Shown here one piece after another: positions 27,308 to 34,391 of a stretch of 64,000 bases of DNA; position 1 is the first letter of the stretch, and each line of letters opens with the position of its first letter. The translations under genes and the position numbers were made by a program. Source of the stretch: a virus (Duplodnaviria > Heunggongvirae > Uroviricota > Caudoviricetes); IMG/VR virus record IMGVR_UViG_3300022746_000001; one strand, given 5' to 3'. Under the pieces are notes generated by a model. That model ran no database searches and was not told where the DNA came from. It saw only the letters and a list, made by a program, of their open reading frames with translations.

Positions 27308-27472
27308 TCACTTCCCGCAAAGGTCTCCTGCTAGACGCTGACACTCGGCGCGAAAGTAGTCCAGCCACAGCAGACCATGTGCAGAGCCTTCGTAATATGG
27401 ACACTCCTCAATAGCGCCGTTACGAGCAGCCACCTCGGTGGCGTGTTTTTGAATTTGGAGAATGTCTAACAT
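27308..27472 (-). CDS. small Cys-containing protein (54 aa)
   Basis: short ORF between two copies of the palindromic motif; weak RBS. Confidence 0.25.
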   Translation of the reverse strand: MLDILQIQKHATEVAARNGAIEECPYYEGSAHGLLWLDYFRAECQRLAGDLCGK

Positions 27473-27538
27473 ACGAAACAATGCCTATTTTGAGAATCAC
27501 TAAGTCAGTGGTGACTTTGATTATAGTGGTCGAAGGCG

Positions 27539-27766
27539 TTAGTTCGCGTTCAGGAACCACCAAATCAAGCCAGAGATGGCGAACAGAACGGCGGTAATCT
27601 CCACGACAAACAAGTCTTTGTCACGGATACCGAAGCCTACAGCCGCCCACATGGATGAACCTGCGGCGCTGAAGACGATGTTGATGGGGTAGATGTTGAA
27701 GGCTGTCAGAAACATGCCGATGATGCACAAAATGGTGCCAATTCGTTTGAGAAAGGCGTACATCAT
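27539..27766 (-). CDS. small membrane protein
   Basis: 2-3 hydrophobic helices. Confidence 0.5.
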   Translation of the reverse strand: MMYAFLKRIGTILCIIGMFLTAFNIYPINIVFSAAGSSMWAAVGFGIRDKDLFVVEITAVLFAISGLIWWFLNAN

Positions 27767-27978
27767 TCGGGTGGCATCCTCACTTGAACGTCCAACGTCA
27801 AGGTTTTAGCGAAGTCGTCATCCACATAGCCTTTAAGCAGTGCGCAACGAGTGCAGCGTGGATACCCTCCCCTGCCTGGAGTTGTGTACCAGTTGCCTGG
27901 GCGATCGTCAGAGCAGCTTGTTCGTCCATGTTCAGGCACCTGTTTCAGCAGCTCATGAAAGAAGGCTTTATTCACCAT
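27763..27978 (-). CDS. hypothetical protein
   Basis: GGAGG RBS. Confidence 0.45.
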   Translation of the reverse strand: MVNKAFFHELLKQVPEHGRTSCSDDRPGNWYTTPGRGGYPRCTRCALLKGYVDDDFAKTLTLDVQVRMPPE

Positions 27979-28355
27979 AAGTCCTCCGAGAACAGCTCTG
28001 GGCCTTGATAGCCGCCAGGATTGCGATTGAGCTGTCCGGTCTGCTCGGCGATCAGAAACGCCTGCTTGCGGTTCAAAAACGTGCCGTTCGCATCCAGAAA
28101 GCCTTGAACGTCTGGGCCGTAGACGCCACCGATCATGCGAATCACGTCATGGTGACGGTTCGGCGCCGGCAGCGAGAACACCTTGTTGGCGTACTTGATG
28201 GCGACGTGCGTGATCTTCTGAGGGTTCTCCAGCGCTTCTTGTACTGGGTCTGGCTTCACCTTCTTGCCCCAAATGCGCTCATGACCTTCCTTGAAGGCTT
28301 CTGTAGTCACTTTGGTGGCGATCAGGTCGCCGGTAATATCGTTCTCTGCAATCAT
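27972..28355 (-). CDS. hypothetical protein (possible small HD-domain phosphohydrolase)
   Basis: AAGGAG RBS; H...HHD pattern; ends EDLW. Confidence 0.45.
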   Translation of the reverse strand: MIAENDITGDLIATKVTTEAFKEGHERIWGKKVKPDPVQEALENPQKITHVAIKYANKVFSLPAPNRHHDVIRMIGGVYGPDVQGFLDANGTFLNRKQAFLIAEQTGQLNRNPGGYQGPELFSEDLW

Positions 28356-28564
28356 GCGTTCTCCTTTACGTTGTTCTCGGTCTCCACGTCATCGACGAAC
28401 ACATACTCCTCACCCACTTCTGCGCGGTGCTGTTCCAATTCGTTTAGGTAGGTATTGAGTTCGTCGTAAAGATACTCAGGCAAACTGTCGTACATGGCTT
28501 CAGTCTTGCCGTCGTCCCATGTGAAAGCGACTTTGACTTGGCAGATGCGTTTTATGTCTGTCAT
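28352..28564 (-). CDS. hypothetical protein
   Basis: AAGGAG RBS before internal ATG (MTDIK). Confidence 0.45.
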   Translation of the reverse strand: MTDIKRICQVKVAFTWDDGKTEAMYDSLPEYLYDELNTYLNELEQHRAEVGEEYVFVDDVETENNVKENA

Positions 28565-28725
28565 TTCCACTCCTTTGGATTCCACAGTGGCGCTACCACT
28601 TGAAAGAATTGCAGAACCGATCGGAACACCAGTTTGATGGCGTCGATCACGAAGTCACCCATCGCAGCGGCGAGAAGTATAAGGGTGGCGAAAATTGAGT
28701 AAAAAAGTTGGCGCGGGATTTTCAT
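28561..28725 (-). CDS. small membrane peptide (54 aa)
   Basis: ATGA overlap with downstream gene; hydrophobic; no clear RBS. Confidence 0.3.
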   Translation of the reverse strand: MKIPRQLFYSIFATLILLAAAMGDFVIDAIKLVFRSVLQFFQVVAPLWNPKEWK

Positions 28726-28734
28726 TTTCTGGGT

Positions 28735-28992
28735 TTACCAAGTTTGAAGGTCTTCCATCACCTCGACGGCTGCCGGCTTGGGTCGTGCTTCGCACAGAGC
28801 TTGAGCCTCACCGATAAGGTGAATGAAGTCCTTGTCGTGGACGAGACCCGAAACAGCCATAAACAAAACGTCAACGCCTGTTGAGAACTGCTGCGGTGTG
28901 ATCTTTTCTTGGGAAACTGCGAGAGTCAGCCAAGTCAATGTCTCAATTGCCTTGCGGTCGATTTCTTCTTGAAGGGTGGGCAACTGAGACAT
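28735..28992 (-). CDS. hypothetical protein
   Basis: GAGGAG RBS; ends LQTW. Confidence 0.45.
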   Translation of the reverse strand: MSQLPTLQEEIDRKAIETLTWLTLAVSQEKITPQQFSTGVDVLFMAVSGLVHDKDFIHLIGEAQALCEARPKPAAVEVMEDLQTW

Positions 28993-29071
28993 AAACTCCT
29001 CGCATATTTGCTGTCGATAATTGATTGTAGAAACAGAATCACGGGCAAGCTAGTCACCCGTGACTGATTCC

Positions 29072-29704
29072 CTAGTGGATAGTTAAAGTCCCCTGAGCTT
29101 TCAATGATTCGTAGTTAGCGAGAACATTGGACTTCGAGCGTGTGACCGCCGAGTGCAGAGCTGAGACACGATCATCCAAGTTGGTCATGTGGCGAGGCAT
29201 GTAAAAGTGAGAACACTTCACACTCTCGTCCACCGACAAGCCAAAGATCAACGAGTTCAGATGCTCGATGTACGCCTCATTCATTGCGGCTTTACCCTCT
29301 GCTTTCACGAGGGCGATGCCTGGCTGAACGAGTAAGATGACTCCAAAACGCTTGTTGGTCGTCTCAAAGCACTTGTTGACGTAGGCTTTGACACGATCTT
29401 GGCAGTTATCGGGGACTCGGTCTCCGATAGCGTCACCAAGAAGGTAGCCAGCCATATCAATCGGCGTTCTATCAGTCACAAACTCTGTGCCAGATATGGC
29501 GCCGTACTTTTGGTCGATGCGCTCAAGAATTTCTTCCTGAATGCCCAAGCGAGTCTCGAAGTCGTACAGTGCGGCGGGGTCGTACCCAAGTTCGCGCCAG
29601 ATGGCACTTACCGAGGTCTCGAAAAAGGGAATGCCATGCCTGTCAGCGTAAGCCTTTGCAAGCGTTGACTTCCCTGTTCGGTGGGCGCCACACAAACCGA
29701 TCAT
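29072..29704 (-). CDS. P-loop NTPase, putative nucleotide/nucleoside kinase
   Basis: Walker A GAHRTGKST at N-terminus. Confidence 0.55.
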   Translation of the reverse strand: MIGLCGAHRTGKSTLAKAYADRHGIPFFETSVSAIWRELGYDPAALYDFETRLGIQEEILERIDQKYGAISGTEFVTDRTPIDMAGYLLGDAIGDRVPDNCQDRVKAYVNKCFETTNKRFGVILLVQPGIALVKAEGKAAMNEAYIEHLNSLIFGLSVDESVKCSHFYMPRHMTNLDDRVSALHSAVTRSKSNVLANYESLKAQGTLTIH

Positions 29705-30318
29705 TCAGTCTTGCCTTCCAAGACAGCACGTTCGGCGTCGAGGTCACGGTTCAAGGTGCCTTCGGCATTAAAGGTTTGACCCTTGTTGCGCAGCTCCAGC
29801 TTCTTGATGTTCTTCTCGCGCTCAACATCCTCGTCGGTGCCGGCAGCATCGTGACCCAGAGCCTGATACCAGCTAATGTCGCCACCGATTTCTTCACCCC
29901 AACCTACCGTGTCGAATGGTTTGCCCTGAAGTTGGTCACGAACCAATTCCAACGCTTCACCTGCTTCTGTGAAGATGCCAATTGCTGAGTGCAGTAAACG
30001 CAGGTTGATGTTCTTAGGATCAACGGTACGTGCGTCTTCGGGGAGCGCGTTGTATTGCTCCTTGTCGTTCTTGTCAGCCAAGTGATCGCTCAACTCGTAG
30101 GTCAACTGGGCGAAGCCACCAATGTCGCTTGCCAGCTTACGAACCAGTTCACCGTCCAACGGCTTGCCGTAAAAGATGGTGCGCTTCACTTGGTTGAGGA
30201 GTTCAGCCATCTGAATCGCGCCTGAGAGAACGATATGCAGGCCGACCTCGCCGAAGTTCAGTTCAGAAGGCTTGCTTTCAGTCAGCAAGGCGCGTTGTTG
30301 GTACTCTTTGAAGTTCAT
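29701..30318 (-). CDS. MazG-like nucleotide pyrophosphohydrolase (tentative)
   Basis: all-alpha; N-terminal EYQQRALLT and GGDISWYQALG segments. Confidence 0.4.
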   Translation of the reverse strand: MNFKEYQQRALLTESKPSELNFGEVGLHIVLSGAIQMAELLNQVKRTIFYGKPLDGELVRKLASDIGGFAQLTYELSDHLADKNDKEQYNALPEDARTVDPKNINLRLLHSAIGIFTEAGEALELVRDQLQGKPFDTVGWGEEIGGDISWYQALGHDAAGTDEDVEREKNIKKLELRNKGQTFNAEGTLNRDLDAERAVLEGKTE

Positions 30319-30330
30319 GAATGTTCTTTC

Positions 30331-30555
30331 TTAGGGGTTGATGATTGCGCTCAACTTGGCGCGAACACTCACGGCGTTCGCAGCTTCGTCTTTGGCATTC
30401 TTTGCCGCAGACAGGGCATCATTCGCGATTGCGGTTTGACGCTCTGCTTCGGCGGTTTGCGCGGTTGCTACGGTCTCCAAGTCAGTGATGGCTTGGGCGA
30501 AAACGCTCATAACGTCAGAGACGGTGCGTTTGGGGTTCAAAATGTTGGACAACAT
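30331..30555 (-). CDS. hypothetical protein
   Basis: ORF track; Ala-rich. Confidence 0.4.
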   Translation of the reverse strand: MLSNILNPKRTVSDVMSVFAQAITDLETVATAQTAEAERQTAIANDALSAAKNAKDEAANAVSVRAKLSAIINP

Positions 30556-30583
30556 GGTGCTGCTTCTTTCTTTCAGTTATGAC

Positions 30584-31423
30584 TTATGACTTTACCGTCA
30601 AGGTCGTGGGGAAAAGCGTAGCCTCGACGATCTTCCGGTACTGTTGCCAGCCCCTGAAGTTGCCAGACCATTGATCGGCTCCGATTGGAGACGCTTGATG
30701 CTCGATAGGCGACGCATGAAGCGGAACGCTACCGACGAGGCGATCGTAGAGAGCAATGTCCTTTTCGATCGTTGGATTCTCACCGTCATGAGTGAGGTAG
30801 GAGACACGAGCGCATCGTGCGGCAGAAGCCTTGAGTAAGGTCTCAATGTCCAATTGCTCTCGCTCTTGATCTTGGACGTAAGGCAGATGCCAAACACCAT
30901 GCTTGAGCGCTTTGGGCGTTGATTGCTCCATTGCGGTCTTCATCACAATGGCAAGCGCTTGAATCTCTGGCTGCGCATCAGGATGTGCGCGCAAGGCAAA
31001 GAAGTTATCCCACTCTGTAGCCGTCACAATCACGCTAATGAATTGAAACGGTTCCAAGATGCGGTTCGCAACTTGCTTGTGCAGTCCGTGCTTCTCCATG
31101 AACTCAGCAGTCGCGGCAGCTTCACGCGCAGCTTGTTGCCAAGCTCGCATCATGGTCTCAAGCTCTTGCCCCTGCATTTCTGCACTCGCCTGCATTCCTG
31201 GCTGATTCTTGCCCCAGTGAACTGGCATCGCAGGGTTAGTGCGAACCTGCTCAATCATCTTGGCAACAGGAATGGCGCGTGACGAGCTGGCGTTACGGCT
31301 AAACACCCGATGCGTCATGAACTCAGCATGGATGAAGCGCGGATAGCGCAACTGAAGTGTGGTCAGACGAACGCCACCAGGGGAAATGGAGTCTTCAATG
31401 ACTCGTGCGGAGATTCCACTCAT
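30584..31423 (-). CDS. thyX: flavin-dependent thymidylate synthase ThyX
   Basis: ThyX signature RHRVFSRNASSSR (RHRX7S). Confidence 0.85.
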   Translation of the reverse strand: MSGISARVIEDSISPGGVRLTTLQLRYPRFIHAEFMTHRVFSRNASSSRAIPVAKMIEQVRTNPAMPVHWGKNQPGMQASAEMQGQELETMMRAWQQAAREAAATAEFMEKHGLHKQVANRILEPFQFISVIVTATEWDNFFALRAHPDAQPEIQALAIVMKTAMEQSTPKALKHGVWHLPYVQDQEREQLDIETLLKASAARCARVSYLTHDGENPTIEKDIALYDRLVGSVPLHASPIEHQASPIGADQWSGNFRGWQQYRKIVEATLFPTTLTVKS

Positions 31424-31905
31424 TAGTTGGCTCGCATAGCTCGGGTCATGGGGCCGCCAGGTGCCTTCACAGACGCCTTGATCGGTGTGACTTTCTTCGC
31501 CTTGACCAGCTTGAGACGGGTCGAGGAGATGAACATGCTCTCTGCCGGAGTTTTCTTCGTGGCGTTCTCAGGCTTAGTCACGTCAAAGTAAACGCAGCCG
31601 TTCATGAAGATGGACTTCATGCTTGCGACACCTTTAAAGCCACTCAAGATGCACTCCACCTCGTCACCGAGACTGATGGACACAGGTTGAGGCTCTTTAG
31701 CGAGTTCGCTGATGCCTTTGCCTTTGACCTTCAAGGTGGCAGCGTCAAAGTTCACTTGTTCGGGGAACTTCTCAGAGCCTTTAGTAACCTTTGGGGTCAC
31801 GGTGTACTGGACGTTGCCGCTAAACAGCTCGATGCGGGCAGTGGCAGTGCCTTCGTAACCTGATTGCAGGTCTGTGACGATTGAGCCTAATTTAATGTCT
31901 TCCAT
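31423..31905 (-). CDS. hypothetical protein
   Basis: ORF track; ATGG overlap with thyX. Confidence 0.5.
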   Translation of the reverse strand: MEDIKLGSIVTDLQSGYEGTATARIELFSGNVQYTVTPKVTKGSEKFPEQVNFDAATLKVKGKGISELAKEPQPVSISLGDEVECILSGFKGVASMKSIFMNGCVYFDVTKPENATKKTPAESMFISSTRLKLVKAKKVTPIKASVKAPGGPMTRAMRAN

Positions 31906-31914
31906 GAAAACTCC

Positions 31915-32163
31915 TTAGTTCGATTGAGGCGTGCGGTTGAACGCGCTCGGAAAAACAATCAGCTTGATGAAGCCAATCAGCACAAGCATCCCAGTCATGT
32001 CCCAGAAGCCCATGTTGAGATACACGGCTGGAACAAAACTGAAGTAGATTGGGCCGAGCCAACTCCAGAGAAAGCTAAGAGGCATGGCAATGAAAATCGC
32101 CATGAGTGCGGAAATGATCCAACCGACGATCGGCAGAATCGTGAGCTTTGCTAGTCCTTGCAT
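31915..32163 (-). CDS. membrane protein (3 TM)
   Basis: hydrophobic. Confidence 0.5.
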   Translation of the reverse strand: MQGLAKLTILPIVGWIISALMAIFIAMPLSFLWSWLGPIYFSFVPAVYLNMGFWDMTGMLVLIGFIKLIVFPSAFNRTPQSN

Positions 32164-32172
32164 GAGAACTCC

Positions 32173-32661
32173 TTATTTACGACCGTAGGACGAGTAGCTC
32201 GTACTGCGGCTTGGGGTGCTTGAATGGCTGTAACCTGTGGTTGCAGGCTTGTACGCAGGCACGGGAGCCGGTGCTGGCTTTGGTGTAGCGACAGGGGCTG
32301 GTGCAGGCGTGGGGACTGGCGCTGGCTTCGGTGCTTCATGGACAATCGTCTTGTTGATGACTGTCTTATTGACCACCGTCTCATGGCGAGTAGCGCTGCC
32401 GCCACCGCTGTTGCCAGAACTACCAATCATGTGACCGATCATTCCACCGATCAGCATGTTTTGCAGGGTGTTGTCGTGCTGCTGTGGCGCTTGCTGGACA
32501 ATCACCTGTTGAGGCTGCGGAGCTACCGCAGGTTGTTGTTGGGCCATCTGCTGCTGTTGCTGTTGCAACTGAACCGGAGATGGGCCAGCGTCGTTCTCAT
32601 GACCGCCACAAGCTGTCAAAGCCATCATGAGAGCTGCCAATGTGGTGTACTTAAATGGCAT
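32173..32661 (-). CDS. lipoprotein with Gln-rich, glycine-zipper and Pro/Ala-rich regions
   Basis: signal peptide + lipobox LTAC; GGMIGHMIGSSGNSGGG; PAPVPTPAPAPVATPKPAPAP. Confidence 0.55.
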   Translation of the reverse strand: MPFKYTTLAALMMALTACGGHENDAGPSPVQLQQQQQQMAQQQPAVAPQPQQVIVQQAPQQHDNTLQNMLIGGMIGHMIGSSGNSGGGSATRHETVVNKTVINKTIVHEAPKPAPVPTPAPAPVATPKPAPAPVPAYKPATTGYSHSSTPSRSTSYSSYGRK

Positions 32662-33056
32662 TACTCAAACGTCGCATAGGAGTTAATTACGAACATTGAT
32701 TCCAACATTCGACGAATCGGTTGCTTGTGATCGTGGCGACGAATCATCACAGTCGAGCCATCAAAGAAGTTGGCTGCTGCATAGGCGCGACCTGCCAGCT
32801 TTGTGGGCTTGTCATCTGGGTGGCTGATGGCTGTCGAGATTTCGATCACGTCTTTGCGCACGACGCGATAGGCGATCGTGGTGCCGTGACCGTGAATGTC
32901 AGCTTGGTAGCCATGACCAGGGGTCAAGCGTCGGATGGGAACGAACACGAAGCGAATGTCTTGCTCGATGGCGTTCGCGACGGTCTCCTTCATAGCCAGG
33001 CGTTCTTCAGCAACTTTCTGTTGCCGCTGAAGTGCCTTCTCTTGTTCAGGGTGCAT
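32661..33056 (-). CDS. hypothetical protein
   Basis: ORF track; first gene downstream of palindromic motif at 33080. Confidence 0.5.
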   Translation of the reverse strand: MHPEQEKALQRQQKVAEERLAMKETVANAIEQDIRFVFVPIRRLTPGHGYQADIHGHGTTIAYRVVRKDVIEISTAISHPDDKPTKLAGRAYAAANFFDGSTVMIRRHDHKQPIRRMLESMFVINSYATFE

Positions 33057-33140
33057 AGATTTCTCCGGTAGTTAAGTCACTAATGACTTTGAGATTATAG
33101 AGAGCGAAAACTTATAGAAGACGGCAATGCGTCAAGTCCC

Positions 33141-33169
33141 CAAATGAAAACACCTGCTAAATGCAGGTG
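33141..33169 (-). terminator. rho-independent terminator at 3' end of tRNA array
   Basis: stem CACCTGC/GCAGGTG with T-runs on both sides. Confidence 0.55.
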
Positions 33170-33175
33170 CTGTTT

Positions 33176-33263
33176 TGGCGGAAGCGGTGAGATTCGAACT
33201 CACGGAACCTTGCGGTTCGACTGGGTTCAAGCCAGTTGCCATAGACCACTCGACCACACTTCC
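33176..33263 (-). tRNA. tRNA-Ser (anticodon UGA), CCA encoded
   Basis: long variable arm; anticodon loop CTTGAAC; T-arm GGTTCGAATCTC. Confidence 0.8.
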
Positions 33264-33270
33264 TAAATCT

Positions 33271-33355
33271 TGGTGCCCAGAGTCGGACTCGAACCGACAC
33301 GCCTCGCGGCGACGGCTTCTGAGGCCGTTGCGTCTACCAATTTCACCACCTGGGC
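33271..33355 (-). tRNA. tRNA-Leu (anticodon CAG), CCA encoded
   Basis: anticodon loop CTCAGAA; long variable arm; T-loop GTTCGAGTC. Confidence 0.8.
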
Positions 33356-33356
33356 T

Positions 33357-33432
<76 letters not shown>

Positions 33433-33535
33433 ATCATGAATGAAGGCTTTCGTCCAGCTCGGGATAGGTCGGTAGTTAGCCGTTTCAGTTTCACCCGTCC
33501 CCTGGGAATCGAACCCAGAAGCCTTCATTCATGAT
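33433..33535 (-). other. about 100-nt element with 15-bp terminal inverted repeats containing a tRNA T-arm-like hairpin (tRNA-like fragment / structured RNA / miniature insertion)
   Basis: ATCATGAATGAAGGC ... GCCTTCATTCATGAT flank CTGGGTTCGATTCCCAG (minus strand) and tandem TGAAAC repeats; no complete cloverleaf found. Confidence 0.35.
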
Positions 33536-33610
33536 GGTGCCGCCTTGAGGAATTGAACCCCAGACCTTCTGCTTACAAGGCAGCTGCTCTACCAACTGAG
33601 CTAAGGCGGC
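33535..33610 (-). tRNA. tRNA-Thr (anticodon UGU), CCA encoded
   Basis: GCCGCCTTAGCTCAGTTGGTAGAGC; anticodon loop CTTGTAA; 7-bp acceptor stem. Confidence 0.75.
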
Positions 33611-33614
33611 TTAA

Positions 33615-33691
33615 TGGTCGGAGATGCAGGATTCGAACCTGCGACCCTCTGCTCCCAAAGCAGATGCGCTACCAGACTGCGCTAATCTCCG
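33615..33691 (-). tRNA. tRNA-Pro (anticodon UGG), CCA encoded
   Basis: CGGAGATTAGCGCAGTCTGGTAGCGC; anticodon loop TTTGGGA. Confidence 0.8.
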
Positions 33692-33695
33692 ATAC

Positions 33696-33770
33696 TGGTA
33701 CTCGGTGCGGGAATCGAACCCGCCTTACCGCCGTGAAAGGGCGGTGTCCTAACCGATAGACGAACCGAGC
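33696..33770 (-). tRNA. tRNA-Glu (anticodon UUC), CCA encoded
   Basis: anticodon stem-loop CCGCC-CTTTCAC-GGCGG; T-arm GCGGGTTCGATTCCCGC. Confidence 0.75.
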
Positions 33771-33861
33771 GTTCCATCAAGTCTGTTCTCTCGTGGGTCA
33801 AGCTACTCCTTTGCCGTCAAGAGGCTTGTTTCACCATTCCTCTTAGAGAGGACAGACTTCA

Positions 33862-33937
33862 TGGCTCCCCAGGGTGGGTTCGAACCACCGACACATGGAT
33901 TAACAGTCCATTGCTCTACCAACTGAGCTACTAGGGA
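33862..33937 (-). tRNA. tRNA-Asn (anticodon GUU), CCA encoded
   Basis: TCCCTAGTAGCTCAGTTGGTAGAGC; anticodon loop CTGTTAA. Confidence 0.8.
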
Positions 33938-34034
33938 ATGACGGTGCGTATGGAGTTGTACCCCAGACGTTTGTCGGCTTTTATAGTCCCCACACCTTTA
34001 GGACTACCGTGTCTCTGTTCTTCTTGCAAGAAAC

Positions 34035-34111
34035 TGGTTGCGGGGGCAGGACTCGAACCTGCGACCTCTGGATTATGAGTCCAGCGCTCTAACCTACTGA
34101 GCTACCCCGCT
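34035..34111 (-). tRNA. tRNA-Met (anticodon CAU; elongator or Ile2-type), CCA encoded
   Basis: anticodon loop CTCATAA; A1xA72 unpaired; no GGG/CCC initiator anticodon stem. Confidence 0.7.
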
Positions 34112-34170
34112 TCAATCTTTCAATGTATGAATCTTATATAAGTTTTCGCGGGTTTGCAAGTCACCACTGA

Positions 34171-34341
34171 CTTATTTTAAAGATCGCCTGATTATTTCTT
34201 CTTGAAAGCTGCCTCATGCTCAGAATAGCGTTCCAATGACTCGCGCAATGTTGTGAACATCGCGATAGCTTGGCGCTCTCTTTGAGCTTCTAAGACGGGG
34301 TCAATCACGTCCTCTTCAGTGTCGGTTTGGTTCTCAGTCAT
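34171..34341 (-). CDS. small acidic protein (56 aa)
   Basis: GGAG RBS 5 nt before ATG; MTENQTDTEEDVIDPVLEAQRERQAIAMFTTLRESLERYSEHEAAFKEEIIRRSLK; below track cutoff. Confidence 0.4.
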
Positions 34342-34351
34342 GGTTACTCCT

Positions 34352-34380
34352 AATGTGAAACTACCGCCCGAAGGCGGTAG
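34352..34380 (-). terminator. rho-independent terminator after RNR gene
   Basis: perfect hairpin CTACCGCC-CGAA-GGCGGTAG then TTTCACATT on minus strand. Confidence 0.55.
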
Positions 34381-34391
34381 CTGGTTGGTGG

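Noticed and set aside
34035-34111. tRNA-Met as initiator tRNA
   Set aside because: The 1:72 position is unpaired (A-A) but the anticodon stem lacks the three G-C pairs of initiator tRNAs; called elongator or Ile2-type CAU instead.
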